Counted from the stretch's first letter, positions 1 through 10,146 are shown. The stretch is DNA of 64,000 bases from an uncultured bacterium (GCA_963749495.1 CAVVMW010000014.1:288001-352000), one strand, 5' to 3'. Program-made: numbers and translations. The notes: generated by a model from the sequence alone, not told the origin.

Positions 1-1502
1 TCGAGGTAATAGGTCGCGCCGGCCTCGAAGATGCGGGGATTGATTTCGAGCGTGAACCCCTCTCGCACCGGTCCGGGATTGCCGGGCGGACCCAGATAAG
101 TCCACCGCTTGAGGACCACGCCCGTCTCCTCTTTGTCGGCCGCGCGCGCCGCCACGGCCACCTCCGCCAGGCCGAAATCGTCGCGCGCCTGCACGTCGAG
201 CCGGAGGCTCTGGCCGAACTGCGCCAGGCGATTGCGGTCCTCGGTGATGAAGTCAACCTCCGGGGGATTGTCCCGGAGCAACTGCACCTCACCGCGCGCC
301 AGCGTTAGGACCTTGCCGTCGGCCGACGAGGCCGTCCGCACCTCGTAGAGGCCGCCCTGGGTGACCGCCGTTTGGGCCGACCACCGCCCTGCATGGGCCT
401 TGAACGGGACCGGTTTGGCGCCGCCGGCCCAATCGGCGGCCTTGATGGGCGGCTCGGCCATGAAGCTGATTTCGAGGGTCGAGCCCGGCAGCGCCGCCAC
501 CAGCGCCGGCGGGCCGGGACTGGTTTGGGGCTTCTGCCCGGTGTAGGCGGGCGGGGTGACGCGGAAGAGCGAATCCTTGAGCCGCGGCATGGCCCGGACG
601 TTCACCCGAACGCTGCGCGTATAGCTGTCCCCGGCAAAGACGCGGAAGGCGAACGGGGCCTGGATGTTGGCGAAGGCATGCACGAATTTCCCTGACCGGG
701 TCGCGGCCGGGCCCGTCTCCTCATCGGATTGGCCATGGCCCAGGGCCTGCATCGGCGCGCTCTCGCCGCCGCCCTGCACGGGTTCCACGAAGCCGGTCTT
801 CTCCTGCCACACCATCAGCGGCGGCTCACGCAGCCCCCGCAGGCGGGGCGTCCAGACATCCACGGTCACCGCCAGACCCTCGCCTTCGGACACAGTCACA
901 TCCTCCGCCGGGATCAGTTTCAAGGAGATATTGCCGGGCGGAGGCACGTCCCCCAGCGGCAGCAGGTAGCGCGCCCCGGCCGCGCCGAACTGGCGCGGCA
1001 GCAGCACGATGAACGCCATCCACAGTGCCAGCACCAACCCCGCCGCGCTGCCCCACCGCCCCAGCGCCGGCCCATCCCAGAGGTCGCCGCTCCGGATGCG
1101 CCCGGCCCACCGGGCGGAGGCGGCGATGGTTTCCCGGGCGAAGGGCATCTCCTCGGGCCGGAATTCCCGGCGCTCGAACTGGACCGCGTTGATGAGCAGG
1201 TTTTCCCGGATGCCGTAACGCTGCTCCAGCAGCAGGGCCGTCTGCTCCGGCGTCCGGCGCTGCAGGGCCGGTCTGAGCACTTTGCGGAAGAGGTGCAGAC
1301 CGCTGAACAAGGCACCGCCCAACGAGAGCGGCAAACGCAGCCCGGCCGGCAGACTCAACAGGCTGTCGCCCAAAAACAGCACCAGCCATAACCCCAGGCA
1401 CACCGCCAGCCACCAGCAGAGCCCGAGGGCCGCCGCCGACCATCTTAGGCGCGCCCCGGCCTGGGCGACAAAGGTGTCGAGCTGGGGGTCACCTGTTTGC
1501 AT
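1..1502 (-). CDS. Large membrane-anchored protein (DUF4175-like, PVC-type), truncated by the window edge
   Basis: Hand-translated open frame from ATG at 1502 (MQTGDPQLDTFVAQAGARLRWSAAALGLCWWL...) to the window start; N-terminal TM helices, 'ALLLEQRYG..ENLLINAVQF', 'VTPPAYTG' and 'DNPPEV...ARDDFGL' motifs. Not in the ORF track because it runs off the end. Confidence 0.75.
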   Translation of the reverse strand, partial: MQTGDPQLDTFVAQAGARLRWSAAALGLCWWLAVCLGLWLVLFLGDSLLSLPAGLRLPLSLGGALFSGLHLFRKVLRPALQRRTPEQTALLLEQRYGIRENLLINAVQFERREFRPEEMPFARETIAASARWAGRIRSGDLWDGPALGRWGSAAGLVLALWMAFIVLLPRQFGAAGARYLLPLGDVPPPGNISLKLIPAEDVTVSEGEGLAVTVDVWTPRLRGLREPPLMVWQEKTGFVEPVQGGGESAPMQALGHGQSDEETGPAATRSGKFVHAFANIQAPFAFRVFAGDSYTRSVRVNVRAMPRLKDSLFRVTPPAYTGQKPQTSPGPPALVAALPGSTLEISFMAEPPIKAADWAGGAKPVPFKAHAGRWSAQTAVTQGGLYEVRTASSADGKVLTLARGEVQLLRDNPPEVDFITEDRNRLAQFGQSLRLDVQARDDFGLAEVAVAARAADKEETGVVLKRWTYLGPPGNPGPVREGFTLEINPRIFEAGATYYL

Positions 1503-2622
1503 CTGCAGTTGCCTGTTTTCCCGCGCGCCAAAGTATATCAGAGAGTTCCACCGTGGGCACAGGTTCATTTTTGGCGCCGATGCCACGGAACAAATAGCCT
1601 TTGCCGGCCAGCATGAGGCGCTGGCTGTCGGGGTCGAGCTTCCAGCGATAGACCTCCAGGCGCCAGGGCTGGCCGCGGGTCTCGGGCAAAGTAGTCGCCC
1701 CCTTTCTCGATGCCAGCATGAGCGAATAGACCTCCGACCTCGCCTCATCGTGGAACACCCCCAGGAGTCTGCGGTCGTCGAAGAAATCCTCAGACTCCGG
1801 CAGCGCCGCGCGAACCAATGCCGCGCGCTTTTCATCGGTGCCCTTGGGCCAGCCGACAACGATTCGCGGCCCAATCTTGAGCGCCAGGAAGAGCTCCTTG
1901 CCGAGCGACGCAGGTATCGTGTAGTCGCCGACGGCGCTAGCGCGCTTTCCCTCGATCCGGACCAGGGCTCCGCGCGTCAGGGCCGCCAACTCGCCCCCGG
2001 GGCCCATGCCGGGCAGATCGAACTTGAGACGGACCGTGGCCTCGGTTCTTTTCGCGGGATCTTCAAAAGAGATTCTCGCCGGATAGGCCAGATCCTTAAG
2101 GGTCTCGCCTTCTTTGCCGCGTTGCTTGGCCAGGAGAATGACCTTCTGCGCGGCATCGCCACCCTCGCCTTCGACGTAAAGCACGGTGGTGTAAAGATGG
2201 CCCGTGAGCGTCTCCCCGCCGGCCAGAACAACCGTGGTGTTCAGGTAACGCACCGGGTAGGGCCGGCCTTCGGTCTGTTTGATGGCTTTGCCCGCCTCCG
2301 GAAAACGATAGCTCTGCTCAATACTTTCCCTCTCGGGCGACATCCGGAGTTCCTGCACGATGCCCAGGGGCACCGTCCTGACCTGGTTGCCCAGATGGAG
2401 CTTGAGCTCACTGCCCGGCGTCAACGACATCCTGCCACTGAGCGTCCGGCCATCGGAGAACTCGACGCGCCCCGGCCGGGCCTCCTGGGCGGACGACGGC
2501 AGGCCGGCAACGAGAAGCGCGAGAGACCAAAAGCCGAGGAAAGCGATGGTCCCGAAGGGACACTTGAGAAGCCCGGCGCAGCGATCAGTAATGCAGGCGA
2601 CATTCAGACGGGAGTTTAACAT
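1489..2622 (-). CDS. Secreted hypothetical protein
   Basis: 3' part of ORF 1489..2781; signal-peptide-like FWSLALLVAGLPSSAQE; overlaps the downstream gene start. Start moved to 2622 because the upstream part overlaps hicA. Confidence 0.6.
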   Translation of the reverse strand: MLNSRLNVACITDRCAGLLKCPFGTIAFLGFWSLALLVAGLPSSAQEARPGRVEFSDGRTLSGRMSLTPGSELKLHLGNQVRTVPLGIVQELRMSPERESIEQSYRFPEAGKAIKQTEGRPYPVRYLNTTVVLAGGETLTGHLYTTVLYVEGEGGDAAQKVILLAKQRGKEGETLKDLAYPARISFEDPAKRTEATVRLKFDLPGMGPGGELAALTRGALVRIEGKRASAVGDYTIPASLGKELFLALKIGPRIVVGWPKGTDEKRAALVRAALPESEDFFDDRRLLGVFHDEARSEVYSLMLASRKGATTLPETRGQPWRLEVYRWKLDPDSQRLMLAGKGYLFRGIGAKNEPVPTVELSDILWRAGKQATADANR

Positions 2623-2629
2623 TGTCGAG

Positions 2630-2812
2630 TTAGCCATCCAAACCCAGATGGCGTTTGATGTGGCGGACCAGATGCTCGTCAACCTCTGTGTGGCGTGGAA
2701 CGGGTTGCTTGCGCCCATTGGCCGGGTTCCAATATATGTCGTGGCGCGATCCCGGTCGGAGCAATTCGCAACCCGCCGCATTCAACTGCCGGACGAACTC
2801 CCGACGCTTCAT
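2630..2812 (-). CDS. hicA: HicA family toxin
   Basis: 60 aa MKRREFVRQLNAAGCELLRPGSRHDIYWNP...VPRHTEVDEHLVRHI; G-x-x-H and VPRH motifs; 4-nt overlap with hicB. Confidence 0.9.
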   Translation of the reverse strand: MKRREFVRQLNAAGCELLRPGSRHDIYWNPANGRKQPVPRHTEVDEHLVRHIKRHLGLDG

Positions 2813-3000
2813 ACCACCACTTCTTTGAACTGGTGCTTCTCGGGGACATCTTCCAGAACCATCATCCGGTAGGCGTCTCGGATGTTCTCCTCCAGCTCCT
2901 TCAGGGTCCGGCCCTGCGTCATGATCTCCGGGTGTTCGATAAGCTTGCCGAGCCAGAACTTCTTCGACTTCCAATAGACCATCGTCAGTCGTGCATTCAT
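2809..3000 (-). CDS. hicB: HicB family antitoxin (short form)
   Basis: 63 aa with 'EHPEIMTQGRTLKELEENIRDA' HicB motif. Confidence 0.88.
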   Translation of the reverse strand: MNARLTMVYWKSKKFWLGKLIEHPEIMTQGRTLKELEENIRDAYRMMVLEDVPEKHQFKEVVV

Positions 3001-3078
3001 GAATCTCAGATTAACAGTGGTGCGGATTCGCGCAATGATCTTGACCGCGCGTTGATAAACAGTCAAAGCGTACATTGC

Positions 3079-3492
3079 ATGGCAACCAAACCGATATCCT
3101 TGAGGGTCGCTCAGGAGGTGAAACTGGACCTGGAGCGAATTGCTCGGCGTTTTGGCACCAGCCCGGGGACGCTGGGCGCCGATTTCGTTACGCAGGGGGT
3201 GCGAACGGCAAACCATCCCAGCATCGAATTCCGGCAAACCCCCGCCGGCCGTATGGCCTACGTGCGCGGGGTGCGGTTGCCTGTTTGGCTGGCGGTCGAG
3301 ACGGTTGACGATTGCAAGGGCGATGCGAACAGGGCGGCCAGGCTGCTGCGGCTGCCGGTGCTGCTCCTCCAGGCGGCATTAGCCTATGCGCAGGCGTTTC
3401 CGGCAGAGATCGCCGCCGATCGAGCCGCCTGCCGCTGGCCCCTGGAGGAGTTGGACACTCTTGTACCGAATCATTCGTTCCTCCGGGTGTGA
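3079..3492 (+). CDS. RHH/CopG-like plus DUF433 antitoxin
   Basis: MATKPISLRV... RHH-like N-terminus; 'HPSIEFR...GRMAYVRGVRLPVW...AALAYAQAFPAEI' DUF433-type C-terminus. Confidence 0.75.
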   Translation: MATKPISLRVAQEVKLDLERIARRFGTSPGTLGADFVTQGVRTANHPSIEFRQTPAGRMAYVRGVRLPVWLAVETVDDCKGDANRAARLLRLPVLLLQAALAYAQAFPAEIAADRAACRWPLEELDTLVPNHSFLRV

Positions 3493-3575
3493 AAGCCAAA
3501 CTGCTTTTGGATTCACACGTGCCCGCTGACGCTGCCATCGTCTTGCGTCCCCTGTGTTCAGGCCGGCACGTTTAG
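3489..3575 (+). pseudogene. Truncated DUF5615 (PIN-like) toxin remnant
   Basis: GTGA overlap with the antitoxin; VKAKLLLDSHVPADAAIVLR matches the DUF5615 N-terminus but stops after 28 codons. Confidence 0.65.
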
Positions 3576-3610
3576 CATGTCTCCACATGGCAGGACGGCG
3601 CCTATTCGCC

Positions 3611-5146
3611 ATGCGTTACTTCCTTGCGTTGGTCCCCATTTTGGTAGTGCTGGTGCTGATGATCTGGCGTCGTTGGGGCGCGCACAGGGCGGGGGCGGCG
3701 GGCTGGGTGGCGGGGCTGGTCGTCGGGGCGGTGAGCTTTGGGTTGACTCCCCAGGTCTTTTGGGTGTCCCAGGCCAAGGGTTTATTGCTCTCGGCGTTCG
3801 TGCTGGGGGTGCTGTGGCCGGCGCTCTTCTTGTATCATTGGAACGACCAGAATGGGGGCATCACGGCGGTGGCGCGGCTGCTCCAGGCAGCTATTCCCAA
3901 CCCGGGGATGTGCCGGGTCCTTCTGGCATGGTCGTTGAGCGGTTTGCTCGAGGGCCTGGCCGGGTTCGGATTGCCGATAGCCGTGGTGGCGCCGATGCTG
4001 GTCGCGCTGGGCGTGCCACCGCTCAGGGCCGTGGCGGCGGTGGCCGTGGGCCATTCCTGGGCGGTCACGTTCGGAGACATGGGGGTGATTTTCCAGACGC
4101 TGGTTGCCGTAGTCAGGCTGGATGCGGCGAGCCTGGTGCCCTGGGCGGCGCTGTTGCTGGGTCTGGCGTGCCTGCTTTGCGGACTGTGCAGTGCCGCCAT
4201 CCTGGGCCAGTTGCGGCAGTGGCCAACGATCGCCGCTCTGTCAGTCCTGATCGGGACGACCCAGTACGCCCTGGCCGCAGCCGGGATGATTGCCCTGTCG
4301 GCCTTCGGCGCGGGGCTGGCCGGGCTGGCAGGGTATTTGGCCTGGGCCAGGGCTTTTGGAGCGAAGTCCGACCCGTCTGACCCGTCTGACCGGTCGGACC
4401 AGTCGGACCGACTTGCGCGCCGCCCCGCACTGCTAACCCTCGGCACGTATGGCGCGCTCACCCTCTTGATGGCCGCCATCACGATGGTGGGGCCGGTGCG
4501 CGCCTGGACCCAGAGCCTGGCGTGGAGGCCGGTCTTTCCAGAAGTGATCTCGCGCACCCATTTCTCGACCCCGGCCTGCCCGGGCCAGGTGTTTCGTCCG
4601 CTGGCCCACCCGGGCGCGTTGATCCTGGTGGTGGCGGGGTTGAGCGTGGCCTGGCGCGGCCTGCGCACCGGGCAAGCGCTGGGCACAGCACGAAAGGCGG
4701 CGCGGGCGACCTGGCGCTCCGGCGCGGCGGCCACGGTGGGCATTGTGACGATGGTGGGGCTCTCGATGCTCATGGACCACTGCCAGATGAGTTACCTGTT
4801 GGCCAAAGGGCTCAGCAGCTTGTTGGGCGGAGTCTATCCACTGGTCGCGCCTTGCGTGGGCATCCTGGGGGCGTTCGCGACGGGCAGCAACAACAACTCG
4901 AACGTGTTGTTCGGCTCGTTGCAAACCAACGTGGCGGCGCTGCTGCGGATCAACCCCTGTCTGTTGGCCGCCGCGCAAACGGCCGGCGGCTCGCTGGGCA
5001 GCATGCTGGCCCCGGTCAAGATTATCCTGGGCTGCAGCACCGTGGCGTGCATCGGACAAGAAGGCCGGGTGATGCGCCAGACCGTCCCATGCGGCCTGGC
5101 CATCGGGCTGGCCCTGGGCCTGCTCACGCTGCTCCTGTGTCAGTAA
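3611..5146 (+). CDS. lctP: L-lactate permease (LctP family)
   Basis: Multi-TM protein with 'LEGLAGFGLPIAVVAPML', 'FATGSNNNSNVLFG' and 'AQTAGGSLGSMLAP' LctP motifs. Confidence 0.85.
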   Translation: MRYFLALVPILVVLVLMIWRRWGAHRAGAAGWVAGLVVGAVSFGLTPQVFWVSQAKGLLLSAFVLGVLWPALFLYHWNDQNGGITAVARLLQAAIPNPGMCRVLLAWSLSGLLEGLAGFGLPIAVVAPMLVALGVPPLRAVAAVAVGHSWAVTFGDMGVIFQTLVAVVRLDAASLVPWAALLLGLACLLCGLCSAAILGQLRQWPTIAALSVLIGTTQYALAAAGMIALSAFGAGLAGLAGYLAWARAFGAKSDPSDPSDRSDQSDRLARRPALLTLGTYGALTLLMAAITMVGPVRAWTQSLAWRPVFPEVISRTHFSTPACPGQVFRPLAHPGALILVVAGLSVAWRGLRTGQALGTARKAARATWRSGAAATVGIVTMVGLSMLMDHCQMSYLLAKGLSSLLGGVYPLVAPCVGILGAFATGSNNNSNVLFGSLQTNVAALLRINPCLLAAAQTAGGSLGSMLAPVKIILGCSTVACIGQEGRVMRQTVPCGLAIGLALGLLTLLLCQ

Positions 5147-5264
5147 AAGGCTAAAGGCCAATAACAAAGGCTAAAGGCTAAAGGCTAAAGGCTAAAGTTC
5201 AGACCCTGCGCTCCGCAGCCTCCCCACCTCAGCCTTTAGCCTTTAGCCTTTAGCCTTTAGCCTT
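5147..5264. repeat. Inverted heptamer arrays (GGCTAAA)n...(TTTAGCC)n between convergent genes
   Basis: Directly visible; the two arms can pair as a long hairpin. Confidence 0.9.
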
Positions 5265-8200
5265 TTAGTCCAGCTTGGGGTTGGGCGTCAGGTCGGCGGG
5301 TTTGGCGCGGGCGGTGAGTTGGATGCCGCCCAGGATGTGCTTTAGGAACGGGGCTTCGCGGAAGCTCTCGTCGGTGTGGCCCATGGCGGTGTACCACATA
5401 ATGCCCTGGCCCATCGGTTTGCACCAGGAAATGGGATGGTCCTGGCCCACCGTGCCGCCCTGGTAAGTGGATTCCTGGACCGTGGCCAGGACGCGCGCGC
5501 GGCCGCGGGGCGTGCCGTCGTAATTGTACCATTCGTCGGGGCGGACCCAATGGTCGGGCAAGTCGAGGGTCGAGGGGTTGGCGTGCTCCTCGACATCCAC
5601 CCGAGCGGGAACCACAGCCGAGTGGTTCTTGAACGAGACGCAGCAGAGATCCCCGTACCAGGCCCATTTGTCCTCGCAGGCGGAAGGGCCAAACATAGCG
5701 CCATGAATGCCGACAAACCCGCCTCCGCCCAGGACGTAGTCCTTGAAGGCCTTCTGCTGTTCGTCGTTGAGGACATCGCCGGTGGCGCTCAGGAAGACGA
5801 CCGTCTTGTACCGGGCCAGATTCTCTGGCGTGAAGGCGGCGCTGTCCTCGGTGGCATCGACACCAAAGCCGTTCTGGGCGCCAAGCCGGCGGATGGCGGC
5901 GATGCCCAGGGGGATGTTTGCGTGCCGGTAGCCGAGGGTCTTGGAGAAGACCAGGACCCTGAACTGGGCCTTCGTTCCGGGCCGATGCTGATAGAGGCCC
6001 AATTCCCGGATGGCGGGCGAGCCGCCATAATAACCGGTGATGCGCAGCTCAATCGCCTGCGCGGTGGTTTCCGGCAGGGACATCACCAGCAGGTTGTCCG
6101 TGTATTGGGCATTGTCAACCTTCTTGATGGCGCGGCCATCGGCCAGGACCTCGAAATCCTTGGGGGCGAAGTTGTGCTGCTGGTAGCCCATGATGCTCAA
6201 GGCGGCGATCTGCTCAGGCTGCTTGAAGGTGACCACGAACCGGTAGAGTTTGGCGTTGTCCTCCTTGTCCCAGTAGGTGTCGGGGTTGCCGTCAATGCCG
6301 GCCTGGTCGCCGCCGGCAGCGCCGTCTTTTTGCAGGCCGTCCGGGCTGGAGGCAATGCCTTGAGGGGCGATGTTGATCATGTCGCCGAGCACGACGCCGG
6401 CGTTCTCCGCCAATTGCCGGGCCGCCGGGGACTTGCACGTGTCCAGGATGCGCTGGATGGCGTCGCTGGCGGCCTCAGGCTCGGTCGCTTGCAGTTTCCG
6501 GGCCAGGCGAACGACAGCATTGGCCGCCTCGACCTCCACCGCCGGGTCTGCCAGGCAATTCTCCGCCAACACAAGCGCCCTGGCATGGCCGACCTCCATC
6601 AGCGCCGCCAGGATGGCGCGCTTGTCGTCCGCCGAGGCGGCCACGCCCAGGGCGCCTTCGAGCAGTTTGGCAGCCTGGGCAGGCGCGCGCTGGGCCTCCA
6701 AACCAGCCAGCCGGATCAGGCCGCGCAGGGCCAGGGCGCGTTGCGCCGGGGCGGGCGCCGAACGGGCCAGGCGCTCGAGGTCCGGCTGCACGGCCGCGTC
6801 GGGCCATTCGGCCAGGCAGCGGATGGCAGTGTCTGTAACCGCAGGGTCGGCGCCGGCCAGCGCGGCGCGCAGGGCCTCAAGGGATTTTGCGTTGGGAATC
6901 CGCGCCGCCAAACGCAACAAGGCGCATTTGGCTTCGGACGATTTCCCAGGGAGCGCGCCCAGAAGGGCCGAGAGTGCGGTCTCGCGATCCGAGGCGCGCT
7001 GGAGCAGGCCGGCCACCGCATTTTCGATCCCTTCGCGGTCGGCATCGGTCCCGGCCTGAGCCAAGAGGCCGAGCAGGCGGGGCAGGTCGCCTGGAGCAGC
7101 AAGCTGCGCGAGGGCCTTCTGGGCCTCGCGCCGCACCGAGCCATCCGCGTCGGCGGCCAAGTCGAGCAAGGCGGGGACGGCGGACGTGTCATTGCGCGCG
7201 GCAAGGGCGCGGGCGGCCTCGCACCGGGCCGGGGCGAGGCCGGGCTGGAGGGCGGCGGCCAGGGCCTGGCTGACGCCCGGGCCGCGCAAGCTTTGCAGGG
7301 CCTGCCGAGCGGCGCTCTGCGCGCGGCCCTCCGCGCTGGCCGCCTCCGCGACGAGCATAGGGACATCCGCGGCGCCGCCCAGGCGGCCCAGGGCCTCGAT
7401 AGCGGCAATGCGGACCTGTTCGTTGCCGCCGCGCGCCGCGCCGCGGACGGTCCCGAGGGCGCAGGCATTCGTCACCATGCCCAGGACGCATGCTTGAGTC
7501 TCGGGCGTCCATAAATTGAACTTCGCAAGGACTTCGGAGACGATTGGGTCGGACCCGGACTCGCAGAGCAGCCGGGCAGCGGCGGCGCGCACCAGGGGTT
7601 GGCCTGAGAGGAGGGCCTCGATGAACACGGGGCCTGCGGCAGCGCCCTCGGCCAACACGTAACACCGCAGCGTGGCAGACTTGATGACCGGGTCGGCCGA
7701 TCGGTAGTAAAGGGCGCGGCTGGCATGGGCCGCTTCAGATGCGTCGCCCGAGGCCAGGAGGCTCTCGGCGCAAAGCAGGATGGCATGCTCGCGATAGCGT
7801 TCGAGGCCCGCGGGGACCAGGGTCTTCTGCACGGCGGCCAGGGCCTCGGGGCCGCCGATGTGGCCAAGCGCATAAAGCGCAGCCTCGGCCACGAGTGGGT
7901 CCGGGTCGCCGGCCAAGGGCGCGATGAGACTGAGGGCCTGGTAGTCGGCGCGCGCGCCCAGCGTCTGGATGACGCCGGCTTTGAGCAGGCCCTGTGTCCT
8001 GGGCAAGGCCTTGCGTAGGGCCTCGTCGGGCTTTGGCCCGGGAATGCTGCGCAAGGCATACTGGGCATCGGCAGCCAACCGCGGGTCCACAAGGAGCGCG
8101 GCCAGGGCCGGCACTGCCCGCTCGGAGCCGGCCATGCGCAACGTGCGGCAGACCCAGGACTTGGCATCGGTGGTTGCCTCGCGGGATTGAAGGACCTCGA

Positions 8201-8459
8201 TGAGCCTGGCCTCGATTGCCCGGAGTTGGGCCGGGTTGGCGGAAGCGATGTCCGACTGGATAGCCACCAGGGCCGGGCTGGCCTGGCCGAACTTGAGTTG
8301 GCGCAACTCAGTGTAGGAATCGGCGGCGGGTGAGAGCGAAGCCTGCGAGAGCAGGAATGCCAGGGGGAGAATCCGGAATCTGGACCACGTCGGACTCGTC
8401 AGACGCGTCTGACGCGTCCGACCTGTTTTGGATTTCAGGCATTGGATTTGAGATTTCAT
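5265..8459 (-). CDS. HEAT-repeat / F5/8 type C (discoidin) / ThuA domain fusion protein
   Basis: Repeated 'VR..A..ALG' HEAT units; 'NIA...AGIDGNPDTYW...IRELGLY' discoidin; 'VLVFSKTLGYRHANI...DEWYN...WYTAMGH' ThuA. Confidence 0.85.
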   Translation of the reverse strand: MKSQIQCLKSKTGRTRQTRLTSPTWSRFRILPLAFLLSQASLSPAADSYTELRQLKFGQASPALVAIQSDIASANPAQLRAIEARLIEVLQSREATTDAKSWVCRTLRMAGSERAVPALAALLVDPRLAADAQYALRSIPGPKPDEALRKALPRTQGLLKAGVIQTLGARADYQALSLIAPLAGDPDPLVAEAALYALGHIGGPEALAAVQKTLVPAGLERYREHAILLCAESLLASGDASEAAHASRALYYRSADPVIKSATLRCYVLAEGAAAGPVFIEALLSGQPLVRAAAARLLCESGSDPIVSEVLAKFNLWTPETQACVLGMVTNACALGTVRGAARGGNEQVRIAAIEALGRLGGAADVPMLVAEAASAEGRAQSAARQALQSLRGPGVSQALAAALQPGLAPARCEAARALAARNDTSAVPALLDLAADADGSVRREAQKALAQLAAPGDLPRLLGLLAQAGTDADREGIENAVAGLLQRASDRETALSALLGALPGKSSEAKCALLRLAARIPNAKSLEALRAALAGADPAVTDTAIRCLAEWPDAAVQPDLERLARSAPAPAQRALALRGLIRLAGLEAQRAPAQAAKLLEGALGVAASADDKRAILAALMEVGHARALVLAENCLADPAVEVEAANAVVRLARKLQATEPEAASDAIQRILDTCKSPAARQLAENAGVVLGDMINIAPQGIASSPDGLQKDGAAGGDQAGIDGNPDTYWDKEDNAKLYRFVVTFKQPEQIAALSIMGYQQHNFAPKDFEVLADGRAIKKVDNAQYTDNLLVMSLPETTAQAIELRITGYYGGSPAIRELGLYQHRPGTKAQFRVLVFSKTLGYRHANIPLGIAAIRRLGAQNGFGVDATEDSAAFTPENLARYKTVVFLSATGDVLNDEQQKAFKDYVLGGGGFVGIHGAMFGPSACEDKWAWYGDLCCVSFKNHSAVVPARVDVEEHANPSTLDLPDHWVRPDEWYNYDGTPRGRARVLATVQESTYQGGTVGQDHPISWCKPMGQGIMWYTAMGHTDESFREAPFLKHILGGIQLTARAKPADLTPNPKLD

Positions 8460-8502
8460 AAGTGGAGGAAAGGTGAGGAGCCTGGGATTGAGCGCGGGCG
8501 AT

Positions 8503-9810
8503 CTACAGGTGCCAGGGTGCGCGCAGGGCGCGGGTCAGGAGTTGGGCGGCGGCGGAGTCGCCGGGGATGGTCTGGCGGCGGGCGTCCCAACGGATTTTGC
8601 GCCCGGTCCAGATGGCGATCATGCTGAGCTGGGTAATCGAGTCGGAGAGCATGGCGACTTCGGCCGGGGCGATGGCGCGGCGGCGGCTGCGCACGCAGTC
8701 AATGAAGTTGCCCATGTGATTCTGGCTTTGGTAGAGCCGAATTTCATCGGGACCGATCTGCTGGTCTTTCAGGGAATCGGGTTCGGTGCTCAAGCCGCCG
8801 CGGCTGATGTGGACCTTGCCATTCTCGCCAATGAGCGTGGCGCGGTCGCCGCCCGGGGTGAAATGGAAATCGGCCCCGTTGGCGAACTTGCCCCGGATGT
8901 TCCAGTCGAACGGAGCGTTGAAGAGGCCCTTGCCGAACTTGCCGGCGCCCTCGAACTCGACCGGCACGGCGCCGGCCGGGTCGTCGCCCATGGCCCAGAC
9001 CATATCGGTGAGAGGGTGTGCGCCCCAGCCGCCGATGAAGCCATGGGCGTTGTCGCTGCACCAATAGGAGCCCCACTCCGTGCAGCGGTCTTTGGTGTAA
9101 GGCCGCCACGGCGCCGGGCCCAGCCACAGCTCGTAGTCCAGCCCCTCGGGAACCGGGACCGGCTCCAGCGAACCGCCCTCGAAACCGTAGCTGGGCGCAG
9201 TGACCTCGACGGCTACGACCTTGCCGATGCGGCCGTTGCGGACCAACTCGGCCCCATGCCGCACGTGGCTCATCGAACGCTGCTGCGTCCCATACTGGAA
9301 GACACGGCTGTAGCGGCACACCTCCTCCCGGATGGCCGCGTCCTCTTCCATGCTCAGACCCAGTGGTTTCTCGACATAGACGTCCTTGCCGGAGCGCACG
9401 GCCAGGAGGGCAGCCGGCACGTGCCAATGGTCGGGCGTGGCGATGACCACCGCCTGGATGTCTTGCCGCGCCAGCATCTCGCGCAAGTCCCGGTATGGGG
9501 TGCAGACCTTGCCCCCGTAACGCTGGTTGAGCGCGGCAGCGGCCCCTTCCCGACGCTGTCGAAAGACATCGCAGATGCCGACGACCTTGACGTTGGGCAG
9601 ACTGGAGACCTCCGCCAGCAGCGCGCTGCCACGGCCGCCCACGCCGATCGAGCCGACCAGCGTCTGGTTCGAGGGCGCCTCGGCGCCAAACACCCCATGC
9701 GGGATGAGTTGGGGCGCCGCCAGCAACGCGCCGGCCTTGGCGCCTGCGGCCAGAAACGCGCGTCGCGTCAGACGGGAATTACAGCACTGGTTCAGTGGTG
9801 CGATCTTCAT
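8503..9810 (-). CDS. Gfo/Idh/MocA family oxidoreductase with Tat signal
   Basis: TRRAFL Tat motif; IGVGGRG, ATPDHWH, YVEKP and QYGTQQRS motifs. Confidence 0.92.
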   Translation of the reverse strand: MKIAPLNQCCNSRLTRRAFLAAGAKAGALLAAPQLIPHGVFGAEAPSNQTLVGSIGVGGRGSALLAEVSSLPNVKVVGICDVFRQRREGAAAALNQRYGGKVCTPYRDLREMLARQDIQAVVIATPDHWHVPAALLAVRSGKDVYVEKPLGLSMEEDAAIREEVCRYSRVFQYGTQQRSMSHVRHGAELVRNGRIGKVVAVEVTAPSYGFEGGSLEPVPVPEGLDYELWLGPAPWRPYTKDRCTEWGSYWCSDNAHGFIGGWGAHPLTDMVWAMGDDPAGAVPVEFEGAGKFGKGLFNAPFDWNIRGKFANGADFHFTPGGDRATLIGENGKVHISRGGLSTEPDSLKDQQIGPDEIRLYQSQNHMGNFIDCVRSRRRAIAPAEVAMLSDSITQLSMIAIWTGRKIRWDARRQTIPGDSAAAQLLTRALRAPWHL

Positions 9811-9883
9811 GGGCCAGTTCTACACGGTTTAACCCCGCCTCGACAAGGGAGATCCGGACTGCTTGTGCAAAGGGCGTAATGGA

Positions 9884-10088
9884 TCAGTGATGGCGGGAGC
9901 GTCACGGGCCAACCCCTCACCCCGGCCCTCTCCCCTTCCGAAGGGGAGAGGGAAACGTCTCGGCAGTCTCTCGGCGTTCCAGGCGCCTCCGCTTCCTAAG
10001 GCCGCTACCGAGATTCCTCCCTCTCCCCTCCGAGGGGAGAGGGCCGGGGTGAGGGGTCAGCCGGGGATTCCGTTTCCGCCTTCACTGA
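9884..10088. mobile_element. 205-bp MITE/REP-like palindromic element (copy 1)
   Basis: Terminal IR TCAGTGA(T/A)GGCGG; internal CCCCTCACCCCGGCCCTCTCCCC/GGGGAGAGGGCCGGGGTGAGGGG arms; an inverted copy lies at 49321-49525. Confidence 0.8.
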
Positions 10089-10146
10089 CCGATTACAAAG
10101 GGCTTGGAATCTCCGTTGCAAATCCACTCGCCGCGGCTAGACTGGG

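Noticed and set aside
5376..9879. Long plus-strand ORFs (712 aa, 468 aa) and similar antisense ORFs elsewhere
   Set aside because: Shadow frames of recognisable high-GC genes on the opposite strand.
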